Assembly (NCBI RefSeq): GCF_036321535.1
Contig: NC_087451.1
Location: 15,500,001-15,564,000 of the forward strand
DNA length: 64,000 bases
Direction of reading: 5' to 3'
Source of the DNA: Camelus dromedarius
Lineage: Eukaryota
Made by a program: the position numbers and the translations under genes. Under the pieces are notes generated by a model, which did not search any database, was not told the origin of the DNA, and worked only from the letters and a program-made list of their open reading frames with translations. Each line of letters opens with the position of its first letter. Position 1 is the stretch's first letter. Of this stretch, positions 12,998-24,568 are shown piece after piece.

Positions 12998-13095
12998 ACA
13001 TTGGAGACTAAACAACCTGCTACTCAAAACCAATGGGTCAATGATGAAATCAAAGAAGAAATTTAAAAAAAAAGCCTTGAGATAAGCGACAATGG
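12998..13095 (+). mobile_element. 98-bp internal L1 ORF2 fragment with an 11-bp TSD and no poly(A)
   Basis: Matches L1 consensus (tggagactaaacaac...ccaatgggtcaatgatgaaatcaaagaagaaattt); direct repeat aagagtcagat at 12987-12997 and 13096-13106. Confidence 0.75.
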
Positions 13096-13293
13096 AAGAG
13101 TCAGATGTATTAAGTCTTTTCTTATCATGTCTCAGTCTTTTAACTCTATTAAATGTTATGTGTCCTTACCTCCCGGCCCTCTCCTGGACTTTGCTGCACT
13201 TGGTGGTTGCTGTAAAGATCTCATTCTCCTTTTGCCACCATTGGCACCTTCTAGCTTTGCTCAGTTCAGTTCTCCTGCAGGTGGAAGAGAGCC

Positions 13294-14241
13294 ATGGGTC
13301 TGGGAGCCTCGGGAAATGATTCAGTTGTCACCGAGTTTGTCCTGCTGGGCCTGACGGAGACTCCAGCTCTGAAGCCCATCCTCTTCGTCATCTTCCTATT
13401 TGCTTACATAGCTACTGTGGGTGGCAATTTCAGCATCCTGGCTGCCATCCTCACTGAACCCAAACTCCACACCCCCATGTACTTCTTCCTGGGGAATCTG
13501 TCCCTGCTGGATGTCGGCTGCATCAGTGTTACTGTCCCTGCCATGCTGAGGCATTTCATGTCCAATCACAGAAGCATCCCCTATAGATCCTGCCTCTCAC
13601 AACTCTTCTTCTTCCATCTCCTGGCTGGGGTGGACTGCTTCCTGCTGACCGTCATGGCCTATGACCGCTATCTGGCCATCTGCCAGCCCCTCACCTACAG
13701 CGCCCGCATGAGCTGGGGAACCCAGCAAGCCCTGGCGGGCATGTCCTGTGCCTTTTCCTTCACCAATGCACTAACCCAAACTGTTGCTTTATCTACTCTT
13801 AAATTTTGTGGTCCCAANNNNNNNNNNNNNNNNNNNNNNNNNNNNNNNNNNNNNNNNNNNNNNNNNNNNNNNNNNNNNNNNNNNNNNNNNNNNNNNNNNN
13901 NNNNNNNNNNNNNNNNNNNNNNNNNNNNNNNNNNNNNNNNNNNNNNNNNNNNNNNNNCACATGTGGCAGCTGCAGTCCTGCGGATCCGCTCTGCAGAGGG
14001 CAGGAAGAAGGCCTTCTCCACGTGTGGCTCCCACCTCACCGTGGTGGGCATCTTCTATGGCACAGGTGTCTTCAGCTACATGAGGCTGGGCTCAGTGGAG
14101 GCTTCGGACAAGGACAAGGGGATTGGCATCCTCAACACTGTCATCAGCCCCATGCTGAACCCAGTCATCTACAGCCTCCGGAACCCTGATGTGCAGGGTG
14201 CCCTGTGGAGGGTGCTCACGGGGAGACAGCCCCCCAAGTGA
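13294..14241 (+). CDS. OR3A4: Olfactory receptor OR3A4 orthologue, 315 aa. Codons covered by the N gap (13818-13957) are unreadable; the frame is preserved across it.
   Basis: N-terminus [23 protein letters not shown] resembles human OR3A4P as recalled; all OR motifs outside the gap are present; the gap spans 48 codons, the same as in both paralogues. Confidence 0.88.
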   Translation: MGLGASGNDSVVTEFVLLGLTETPALKPILFVIFLFAYIATVGGNFSILAAILTEPKLHTPMYFFLGNLSLLDVGCISVTVPAMLRHFMSNHRSIPYRSCLSQLFFFHLLAGVDCFLLTVMAYDRYLAICQPLTYSARMSWGTQQALAGMSCAFSFTNALTQTVALSTLKFCGPXXXXXXXXXXXXXXXXXXXXXXXXXXXXXXXXXXXXXXXXXXXXXXXXHVAAAVLRIRSAEGRKKAFSTCGSHLTVVGIFYGTGVFSYMRLGSVEASDKDKGIGILNTVISPMLNPVIYSLRNPDVQGALWRVLTGRQPPK

Positions 14242-14379
14242 GATCCCTTCCTCTGGCCTTAATGAATGTCATGGTTCCGCTCACTGCTTCCAAGAGGTAT
14301 TGTGGTTACTGCAAGTGGAAAGTGAATACGATGAAGTCGGATCAGGGACTGGTTTAGGAAGGAGAGTACAATAAAAAAA

Positions 14380-14570
14380 GATAAAAGCTGGTACTTATAT
14401 CGTGATTCCAACATGCCAGGCCTCTGTTAAAAGTGACTGACATCTATTAAGCTATTTATCCTCTTAACAACCCTGTGAGATAGATACAGATTTACAACTT
14501 ACAGATTAAGACACTGAACCTCAGAGAGGTTAAGTAACTTCCCCAGACAGCTAATGAATGTCAGAGCTGA
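14380..14570 (-). mobile_element. MIR SINE
   Basis: tatcctcttaacaaccctgtgagatag...cctcagagaggttaagtaactt...gatttgaacc. Confidence 0.75.
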
Positions 14571-15159
14571 GATTTGAACCTAGTCAGGCTATGACTTGAG
14601 CTACTGCCTCTCAAAAGTAATAAATCTTTTCAAGGAGGAAGGGTATCTCTAAGGTGGGATGGACAGATGGGCAAGAAAATGGCCAGAAAGAAAAAAAAAA
14701 GATCAAGAAGATCAGTGTTATAGAAAGAAAATATTAAAATAAAATGAAAATATGAATTAAGAAGTTTTGTCCCTTTAACATTGACAGTTTGTTCTGGAGC
14801 AGCTGGTAGAGGTTGAGGGAATTACTGGAGGCTGATTTCAACAAATAAACCAACAAAAAGAGAATAAATATTTAAACTCAAATCCGAGGGAATAGGTGCT
14901 TTTAGAAAAATCATAGAGACGAGGTAGGATGTTGGACCAGCGCCAACAAACACATGAAATGAAGTTAGTCGAGAAAGAGACTTGGCTCACTTAAAAGGGT
15001 CTCCTTGACGGACTGAATGAAGGCCTTTGCCCTCTCGGACGTAAGCCTGAACCAGCCTCGCCCTCTGCATTGCTGGAAGGAGGAAGGCACTGCATTTACT
15101 CAGTTTATACCTTTATTCAGCTTTTTCCACAATGCAGTAATAATGCACATTTATTGAAA

Positions 15160-16500
15160 AATTAGAAAGTACAAAAATTAAAATTACCCATAAGTTCACC
15201 ATTCAGAGATAATCATTATTGACATTTAGCATATAATTGTGACCAATTTTTTTCCATTCCCAATATGTATTTGTAAAAATGGAATGATTCTATCCTTAAA
15301 GCTCTATATCCAGCTCTTCTCACTTAATAATGTAGATGGACCTCTTTACAGGGCATTCAGTGTAGAACTTTCTCCTCTTTTCTCTAGATTGCACAAATTT
15401 CTTTGAGTGGGAGGAACAAACTGGACTTAACTACCCTCTGTTAGTGAATCTGTGTTGCTTCAAATAATCTTGTTGAATGGCTGTTGTAATGAGCCTGAAA
15501 AGAACCTTTTTTATTTTTGAATGGATAGGTTCATTGAGTCTTTCCCCACTGATATGAAATGACCCCTTCACTGTCTGCTAAATATCCTTAGAGCCTGGGG
15601 TCTGTTGTTGGACTCTCTGTTGCACTGGTTAATCACTGTGGTATTGCAAGTTCATACGTGGTTGTCAAGGTCTTTCTTGCTACTCTTCTATCGCTAGCGT
15701 TGGCCTGTCCCAGCCTTACTCATTCCTGCGGCTGCTTCCTCTCATACAACCATCCCTCCAGATTATTTGAAAAACATGTGTTTATAAAGTTCAACTAGTA
15801 ACAGTATCAGTGTACAAATGTAGGAAGAATTAACACCTTTGACCTATTGATTTTCCCAATCTGGATTAAAGTGTATTTCCTCAGTTATTCAAGGCTTCTT
15901 TAATAGCATAAGAATTTTTTTTAAAAATTAAGATCATAATTAAACCTCCACTTACGTAAGGCCCAGCATTACACTCCTAGGTATTTTCCAAAGAGAAATG
16001 AAGACATACATCCAGAGAATTGTTTGCACATACTCATCATATCTTTATTTGTAATGGCTAAAATCTGGAAACAGCCAAATGTTCGTTAACTGATAAATAG
16101 CTGAACAACGTGCAGTACCTCCGTACAGCGGAGCACCACTCAGTGACAAAGGGCTGTGAAACCGGTACAGCCGACATGCTTGAATCTCAAAAGCATTGTG
16201 CTCATTGAATGAATCCAGTTATTAAAAAGTCTACATACAGTGTGATTCCATTTATATGATGCTATGAAACAGGTGAAACCAGAGGGACAGAAATCAGATC
16301 AGTGGCTGCCACGGCTGAGGTGTGGAGAGGCTGTTGCCTGCAAAGAGGCAGAAAGGAACTTTTTGGAGCAGTTGAAGTCTTCTATGTATCGATGCACGTG
16401 CTACATGCAAAGCTGTATACTTTTATCGAAACTCACCAAATTTGATAGTTAAAATTATACCTTAGTTAACCCAATATTTAAAGGTGTACCTTGAAAAAAC
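15160..16500. mobile_element. Old L1 (L1MC/ME-type) fragments, minus then plus strand
   Basis: cattacactcctaggtattttccaaagagaaatgaagacat and aaatctggaaacagccaaatgt (+); gttcaccattcagagataatcatt (-). Confidence 0.65.
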
Positions 16501-16747
16501 CCAGCGTGAAAAAGAAATGAGAGAAACGAGTACCAGAATCAGCTTATCTGGCGCCCAGCCTGAGCGCCCCCAGGGACACGCTCTCTGGCCTTGCCAAGTC
16601 ACCTGCGCCCCTGGATCTTAGCCTTCCCATCAGTAATGTGGGAACCAGGAGGGCAGAGACCGTGAGCCACCCCAGGACCCGGAGCTGTCCTAGCCCCTCC
16701 TCTTCCACTTCCCCTTGCAAACAGTAAAGGCTATTTATTCTGTAAAC

Positions 16748-16806
<59 letters not shown>
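16748..16806 (+). repeat. (AAT)n microsatellite within a MIR
   Basis: About 19 perfect AAT units. Confidence 0.95.
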
Positions 16807-17847
16807 GTAATATAGTACCTGTACCTTTCCTCTTTTCTCAGAGGCATTAATTAGGAGCCTGGAATGATGTTATGAATCTATTGTTTCTTAAATAGAGTCC
16901 AAAATACTAAGCAGATGAGAGAAACCCTTAAGGACTAAAGGACTGAGATTGTTTGCCTCTGGCTTCCTGTGCAATCCCTGGAGGTGTGTGTGTGTGTGCG
17001 TGCATAATTTTTAGGGCCCCTAGGTGCTTGTTAGCTCCCACGTATAGACAGAGCACAAAGACAGACTTGCAGGCCCTGCCTCACTCCTTTTATAAGCCTT
17101 CTGCAGAAAGGCCACCTTGGGTCAGCTTAGAACTCACTGCCCTCTCTATCAGAATCCCCAGCTGAAACTCTACCCAGAGTAGAAAGGTCAGTCCCTCTGC
17201 TCCAGAACTCCTAATTTCCTTCCTTCTTGAGTAAGAGGGGACGAAGACCCCTCACGATCTTCATGTGGCTTTTTCCTTGTTGCGAGGAGAAGAAAGGACT
17301 GAGTGAAACCTGGATCCAGGGAATGGTAGTGAAATGGAATGGGGAAGTCTTCCACTCTGAGTGGTTAGAAGAATGAAGGGCAGAGCTGGCAAACAGAGGG
17401 GAGCAGAAGGGTCCAGACCGGGGGCTAACGAGCAGGGAACCAACAAGAGTCTGCGGAGAGCCAAGGGGGCTGATCTGGGCAGAGAATCCGTAATTACAGA
17501 CTATTATAACTCTATGTAAACCTAGTGCTAATGCAGTGCAGCCTTTCATATTACAGAAGGGAGAATGCAGAGATGGAGAAATGGAGAGATGGATGGATGG
17601 ATGACAGGTAAATGGGATAATGACAATGACAAGGGACTTGGGAGGCAGCAGGGGTTGGCAGAAAAATAACAATTCTCCAGCCCAAACAAACTCTTACATC
17701 CTTGAACGTAAACAAGTTACCTTTTTGGAGCCTCATTTTTTCGTGTTTAAAATGATTACCTACCTGCAGGAAAATCTGTAAAGTTAAAGGGGAGTAACAT
17801 ACGTGACAAAAAGTTTATGTTAAAGTAAATGTTTAACTTCCTATTTT

Positions 17848-18034
17848 ATTTCTTTCCTTCCTTCTTTCCATCCTCTCTTCCTCCCTCCCTGTCACATTTT
17901 TTTTCTCTTCTGTTTTCTTTTCTCCAAAGTCTCAGGGCTAATTAGCAGGAGAAACTTGTTAATAACACAAATAGCACAAGCATCTGGGCTCCAACTCCAC
18001 AGCTCTGTACACTGTGCTCAGCTGACCTTATAAA
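17848..18034 (+). promoter_or_regulatory. Promoter of the OR3A10-like gene: pyrimidine tract, O/E-like site abutting palindromic CTAATTAG, CAGCTG, TATA box
   Basis: tctcaggg 17930-17937, ctaattag 17938-17945, cagctga 18019-18025, ttataaa 18028-18034. Confidence 0.65.
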
Positions 18035-18824
18035 CCAGGACAGAGAGACAGAGACAGAGACAGAGAGAGATCTAGAAAGAGAAACTGGTGTATGGCTTTG
18101 TGAAGAGACAGAAATACTCAAGGCAAATTGGACCAGAGGACCAGGGGTCAGCTGAACCTCATAAAGACAGGGAAGGTGGGAGACGACTGGAGAGGTGGGC
18201 GGGGCAGGGGGGACAGACGTATCCAGGAGAGAGATGCAGCCTCTGCTGAGAGCACAGCTGAACGCCTGTCACTGTGTGTCCTCCCCGAAGCCGCCCTGAC
18301 TTCCCTGTGTGCCTCTGTGTGCTCCTGTGCTTCACCCCTTGCTCCTCTCTTCACTCAGCTTCTTTTATGTCTTTTTATTTCCTCAGATCCTGTCTTCCTA
18401 CCCTTCCTCATCTTGCTGCTCTCCTATATTGTGCATCCTAGAACCTCAGACATTCACTTATCTGTGGAGCTAGTCAGTCACTCTACACTTACACAAACTT
18501 AACAGTTGTTAAGCACTGAAACGCTTCCATCCTACATTGGTGAACCGCCACTCTCCTGAGCCCCCGGAGCAGTTCCCTCTGCCCTAGCTCCTTCCCTGGG
18601 ATCCTGTGGACCTCAGCATGACCAGCAATGAGAGGGTTCATGTCTGGCTCCGTAGGGGCCTCCAGGATCCTGCTCCAGCTCTAAGCTGGTGTCCGTTCCA
18701 TCCACAGGTGCCCATGCCGTGTTACCTCGGCATCCAGTAGACACAGATGACGTGTCTCTGTGTGTCTCTGTCCCGCTTCCAGCAGTTCCAAGTCTTCTCC
18801 CACCACAGCTCTCAGCAGCGGCCT

Positions 18825-19772
18825 ATGGAACCAGGTGCCTGGGACAACAGGACCGCTGTCACTGAGTTCATCCTTCTTGGCCTCACAGAGAACATAAGAC
18901 TGCAACCCATCCTTTTCGCCGTCTTCCTCTTTGCCTTTGTAATCACGGTCGGGGGCAACTTCAGCATCCTGGCCACCATCCTTGTGGAGCCCAAACTCCA
19001 CACCCCCATGTACTACTTCCTGGGGAACCTGTCTCTGCTGGACATCGGGTGCATCACTGTCACCGTTCCTCCGATGCTGGCGTGTCTCCTGACCCAGCAG
19101 TGCAGAGTTCCCTATGCAGCCTGCCTCTCACAGCTCTTCTTTTTCCACCTCCTGGCTGGTGTGGACTGCCACCTCTTGACAGCCATGGCCTATGACCGCT
19201 ACCTGGCCATCTGCCAGCCCCTCACCTACAGCGCCCGCATGAGCCGAGAAGTCCAGGGCGCCCTGGTGGGCCTCTGCTGCACCATCTCCTTCATCAATGC
19301 TCTGACTCACACGGTGGCTGTGTCCGTGCTGGACTTCTGTGGCCCTAACGTGGTCAATCACTTCTACTGTGACCTCCCGCCCCTTTTCCAGCTCTCCTGC
19401 TCCAGCATCCACCTCAATGGGCAGCTGCTTTTTGTGGGGGCCACCTTCATGGGGGTGGTCCCCATGATCCTCATCTCGGTGTCCTACGCCCACGTCGCAG
19501 CCGCCGTCCTGCGAATCCGCTCAGCGGAGGGCAGGAAGAAGGCGTTTTCCACGTGTGGCTCCCACCTCACCGTGGTCTGCATCTTTTATGGAACCGGCTT
19601 CTTCAGCTACATGCGTCTGGGCTCAGTGTCAGCATCAGACAAGGACAAAGGGATTGGCATCCTCAATACTATCCTCAGCCCCATGCTGAACCCAGTCATC
19701 TACAGCCTCCAGAACCCTGATGTGCAGGGCGCCCTGAGGAGGGTGCTGACGGGGAAGCGGCCCCCTGAGTAA
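18825..19772 (+). CDS. OR3A10: Olfactory receptor, OR3A10-like (mouse Or3a10 / human OR3A5P type), 315 aa, intact
   Basis: [10 protein letters not shown] with sequon; all OR motifs present (YSLQN in place of YSLRN). The upstream ATG at 18747 lies in a polypyrimidine/acceptor tract. Orthology is from recalled sequence. Confidence 0.93.
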   Translation: MEPGAWDNRTAVTEFILLGLTENIRLQPILFAVFLFAFVITVGGNFSILATILVEPKLHTPMYYFLGNLSLLDIGCITVTVPPMLACLLTQQCRVPYAACLSQLFFFHLLAGVDCHLLTAMAYDRYLAICQPLTYSARMSREVQGALVGLCCTISFINALTHTVAVSVLDFCGPNVVNHFYCDLPPLFQLSCSSIHLNGQLLFVGATFMGVVPMILISVSYAHVAAAVLRIRSAEGRKKAFSTCGSHLTVVCIFYGTGFFSYMRLGSVSASDKDKGIGILNTILSPMLNPVIYSLQNPDVQGALRRVLTGKRPPE

Positions 19773-22121
19773 GCTGGCAGTGGCTTCAACCTGCACCATC
19801 TTCCTTGAGCACCCCCACTTTCTTATGCCGAAGGCCTGGATGTGGGCAGGGGACTATTCAGGGGTGGATTAAGGAGGAAGGAACGGAGACGGTAGGGGCC
19901 AGTGTAGAATATGTTTTGCCTTGAACTGGGGAGAAAGGCTAAAGTGTAGCGAAAACAGTATTTAGGTAGCTGATAGAAGATGAATTAAAGACATATGGGA
20001 GAAAACTATAACGTGGGTCAGGAAATGGGACGCAAATCCATGATTTTGTATTTTTTTAATTTAATGACTATTCAATTGAAGTATATCTAAAATCTTAATT
20101 AAAGTAAAATTTTGCCCTCCTCTCACCTCTTAAGATAGAATATATTTGTACCAGAATGTGGGGTCTGGTTTTTAAAAGATCCTTCTTCGGGAAATAAACC
20201 TAGCATTGTGAAATTAAGTTGGGTTTGACATAGCCTAGCAGGGAGCTGTCAGGTCCTGTCAGAGTGCCTGTCAGCATCCTCTTCAGAGCAACACTGTCAA
20301 ATACCTGTTCCTGAAACCGGGGTCCCCATCCTGACTAATCATGCGTGGGGACCACACTTTTTCATGTCACTGCATGAGCTAACTCTCCCACACCTCCACC
20401 AAAAACCTGAGGATGTATCAACATACGTTTCACGAGAAGCATTCAGAATAGTACGTTTTAGCAAAGTACCCTGCTTTATAATGGGAATTCTGTTTAATAC
20501 ATATAGATAGTTAGTAAAGCTGGAGAAGGAAGGGGAAACAGAGGAAGATATTGTTTGTATTTACCAGTGAATCAGTACTAGAAACCAAGATTTTACCAAA
20601 AGTGTGAAACTAAGGCAATCCAGAGAGGAATGGTGAATAGAATATAGTCGATTTCACGTGCAGCTGTGACCATTCCTAGAATTTTTTCTGTGAACCATTT
20701 CAGACACTTCTTGGCTCAGACGTCAGAAGTCTGAGAAGAGTGACCTTACCTCCCTGCTTACTAACTGCCTGAGGAGGGCAGCATGGAACCCGCAAGTTGT
20801 CTGAGAATATTCTTCAGTCAAACGGAGGTACCCAGAGTCATTCTCTTGAGTCTCCCTGCAGACAGCTGCCTCCCTATTCATCCCTCCCTCTGGGCCATGC
20901 CCCCTTCTGCACTCAGGGCTGCCCACACTGCCCATTAACCGCTGGGACAATGTTTGTCCCATGCCATTCCATCCTGAAAGCCCACCCATTTCTTTCTGAT
21001 GGCCACTGTATCACATCCAGATCTTCGCTGGGGGCGCACGGCCCTCCATCATTTTTTCCTGGCCTCCTTCCCTCAGTCTTTCTCTCTTAGCCACATCCTC
21101 TCAGATTCAGCCAGGGCTTTTCCTAGTCAGGTGACCACTACATCCCTTCACTTCTATTCACTGTTCATGATCTCCTCTGAAACAGTGGGGCTGAGCGGTA
21201 AGACACCGTCATAATCTTCTTTGTATTCTTTGCAATTTCTTTTGCTCTCCTTGGCCAGATCATAAGCTCCTTAAAGACAGGGACCATGTTTTATACTATC
21301 CCGTGTCCTCGAAACACACAGCATAGTGCTGAGTGCATAAAGCAACCTTGTGGATCGATTAACTGATAATAGAAAGCATGACCTATGACAAGAAATGTGT
21401 AGTCTACATAGGAGGTCAGTGAAACTCCTAGATGTTTTCAAAATTCCCTAAATCCAAGTTATAAAGATATGAATGGAAAAGGAAAAAAAAAAGTAAAGCT
21501 TTCTTTAGAAGAAATAGTCATTGAGATTGACATAACAGGAAGGAGTTTCCTGATTTTATGTGTGAACTGTAATGCCATTTCTCCCTAAAACTGAGAGAAA
21601 CTGCCTGAAGTTAGTTCTGGGGAAAAAATGTCTCCTTCTTGCAAAGACTTGAAAGAGAATATTTAATTAGCAAAAGCTGAACGGAGCCCCAGGATGCAAA
21701 ATCCTGTCACACCCAAGACTGGAATTCATTCAACTTGGAGCACGTTACACAGGTGGGAAAATAATAATAAATCAGTGATCATAAGTTATGATAAAGTGTT
21801 TGTCTTTCTTTAAGTGGTATTCTGAAGTGAACTGTTTTTACCTCTGCTTTGTCAATATGAGTCATTCATGTGCGGTGTAAATAATTTAAATAAAAAGCAT
21901 ATTTTTGTTTAAAAAGAGGACTGAATGACATGAGAAGATGTGTAGCACATACTGCCAGATTTAGGAAGTGGTGATAATGTGACACGTATATGTGCAGGGG
22001 GTGAGAAAATCCTGGGGAACAACCCCCAAGTTTTAGACGGTGATTTCCTTTGCAGAGGGGACTAGGACTGGGGAGAGGGATGGGAAATAAAGAAGGACCT
22101 TCTATTTCTACTCCATTTACT

Positions 22122-22410
22122 CTTTTTTTTTAAATAGATACCGAAAGTTTATTTCTAGATCCCATAGAAAACTAATGGAGTTTGCAGAGTTTTGTTTGTT
22201 GTTTTTTTTTTTTTTTTTAAGATACTGGACATAAACAGGAAAATCCATTCCCGGAGGACTCAAGAATAAAAATATTTCCCACTATGAAAATTAAACTAGA
22301 TTCTATTCATGCTTAACCATTTATAGTCCTTCTTGCCAAAAAAAGTATTATTAAAACACTGTGGGCAGTATAACTGTGATTCTAAGACTGTTCCAGAGCT
22401 TCTGATAGGC
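22122..22410 (-). pseudogene. 5'-truncated retrocopy of an unidentified polyadenylated transcript 3' end
   Basis: Perfect 14-bp TSD ctactccatttact (22108-22121 and 22411-22424); T9 at 22123-22131; AATAAA on the minus strand (22153-22148) 16 nt from the tail; no resemblance to a SINE or L1 that I recognise. Confidence 0.78.
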
Positions 22411-23149
22411 CTACTCCATTTACTTTTATTTGAAGTTTCTCACTGAATTCTATAATTAAAAAAAAACAAAAAATAAATTTTAATAAGTGCTATTGATGAA
22501 TGGTGGGAGGGGAGCAAAATTAGTTGACTGTAGTGTTTTCTCTCCAGCCTTCAAAGTGTCCTCTGTCATCCTCATCTTTGAGAAGAATAGTAAGTTGGCT
22601 TGTCTATCCAATGTAAGTCCACTGGGTTCACTTGATAAAGATTCAGAGGCTTTGGAGGGACAGGAAGTGGTTATCTGTCATCTTGATCATGCCTCCTTTT
22701 CTGGGTTAAGAGACAAACCAAACCATCTCTACCCTAAGAAAATACTCCCATTGGGTCTTTTCCCCCTTGCCCATTTCTTGGCCCTGAAAATTCAGATTTC
22801 ACCCTCCATTCCATGCCAACCCTTATCCTGCACCAGCACCAACACCCCGCCCCCAATACCCTTGCACTGCTGCCTAGTTTTGAATCTCTTTATGTAACTT
22901 CAGTCGAAGGTAGTGACTAATCTTGGTGGGGACTGAGGTAGACTTTTTGCAATTCCCTGTGCCACAGACATAGGCTTATGGCCTCCTGGTGCTAAAAGAA
23001 CCTTCTAGAGATATTTTGGTCCAGACACCTTGACTTCAGACAGTTCATACCCAAAGAAACTTGTTCCAGATGTTATCAGTCCTCTAGTAAATCACCAAAG
23101 AATTCTAAACTAAACAGAGCGATACTCTCAGTACAGTGAGGCTCAGAAA

Positions 23150-23290
23150 TGGAAAAGGCAGCACAGTTGGGTGAAGAGAGCCTTAGATAGGACAGCTGGA
23201 GACCTGGGTTCCGACTCAGCCTCTTCTGCTTAAGTCTACATGAACTTTCTAAGCATCAATTCCTTTATCTGTAGAATTAGTCCCTTCCAT
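23150..23290 (+). mobile_element. MIR SINE
   Basis: gcacagttgggtgaagagagcc...gacctgggttccgactcagcc...tcaattcctttatctgtagaat. Confidence 0.65.
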
Positions 23291-23799
23291 ATATCTTGGG
23301 CTTTTTTCATTCACTTACTACATAACAAATACTCAGACCCCCACAGGATGCCCAAGGCTGGGGGAAATAAGGGACTGTGGGCAATTAAATGGACAGGCGA
23401 CAAGGCTGAGAGCAGGAGGATAAACCCAGGAACCATCATGTGCAGTGGATCTCTGATGAGTAAAAGCTGGTTCTTGGGCTGCAGCAACTGGAGAGATGCC
23501 GAGATGGGAGCAGTGGGCCAGGCAGAGATGTGCCGGCCTAAGAGGCGGTAATTACTGAAACTGAAAGAAGTGAGCTTGGGATGGAATCTCGGAACAGCAG
23601 CCAAAAAATAACTAACCTTTTGGGAGTTGATGTCTGTAGGATCTGAGGATATAATGCTACTGGGCCCTAAAAGACTTCAGACCTTTCTTTGGTATTTACA
23701 GACAGTTGTCCAGGCCAGGATATAAGGAAAAGCAACTATGAAGCAAGCTGAGAAGTCCAGGCTCCTTGTTGCATTAAATCAGCTGTGGTCAAGTGAAGA

Positions 23800-23980
23800 C
23801 AGCATCAGGCTGAGAAGCTGGGAGGCCTGGCCTCTGAGCTAACACTGTACTTGTTAGCTGTGTGATGCTGGACAGGTCAGTTCCTCTCTGTGGGCCCCAG
23901 TTTTCTCATCTATGAAATGGGAATCATAACAGGCACTTCAGATGATTCTTCTGAGGGTTAAATGAATTGAAATACAGAAT
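23800..23980 (+). mobile_element. MIR SINE
   Basis: tagctgtgtgatgctggacaggtcagttcctctctgtgggccccagttttctcatctatgaaatggg. Confidence 0.8.
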
Positions 23981-24040
23981 TGGTGAGCTGACAAGCCCAA
24001 TGCAGAAGATGTTAAAATTCCATTGGGCTTTGGGTAGGAG

Positions 24041-24568
24041 TGTTGCTGAGTCCAAATCCGTTCTGCTCGCCGCTCGACAGGCCAATGAATAGGGAGACGA
24101 GGTGTTGGGGCAAGGAATAGCGACTTTATTTGGAAAGCCAAAAGCAGACCGAGAGGATGGCAGACTAATGCCTTGGAGAACCATCCTGCTCTAGTCAGAA
24201 TACAGGCTCCTTTTACACAAAAAACAAGGGAGGGGTGTGGTTGGTTGTTGGAAACTTCTGCCTGCAGGCATTCTTTGTCCTTGCAGCCATTCATGTGGGT
24301 CAGACCATGGTCTCCCTGTAAACCTCCAATAAAACAAAGGTTATTCTGTATTTTGCAACTTGCCATCTCCACATAAGTGAAGAAGTGCTAACATCCTTAA
24401 AGGTCAGAGCCCCGAGAATAGGCTCTCCTGTGTATTTCAGGCTAAAGGCAACAAAAGGTTTCACAAAAGGTGCCGAGCCAGCAATACTAAGCCTAGAAAG
24501 CAGGGCGCAGTGGTTAAAACTTAAGGAACAGATCCAACGTGGAGTCAGATTCGCCCGCCTCTATTACA
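24041..24568 (-). mobile_element. ERV1-class solo LTR
   Basis: TG...CA termini; 4-bp TSD ggag (24037-24040 and 24569-24572); AATAAA on the minus strand near 24125; CpGs retained. Confidence 0.9.

Noticed and set aside
18747-18824. 26-aa in-frame N-terminal extension of the OR3A10-like ORF
   Set aside because: It lies in a polypyrimidine tract with several AG acceptors. The ATG at 18825 gives the standard length and sequon position.
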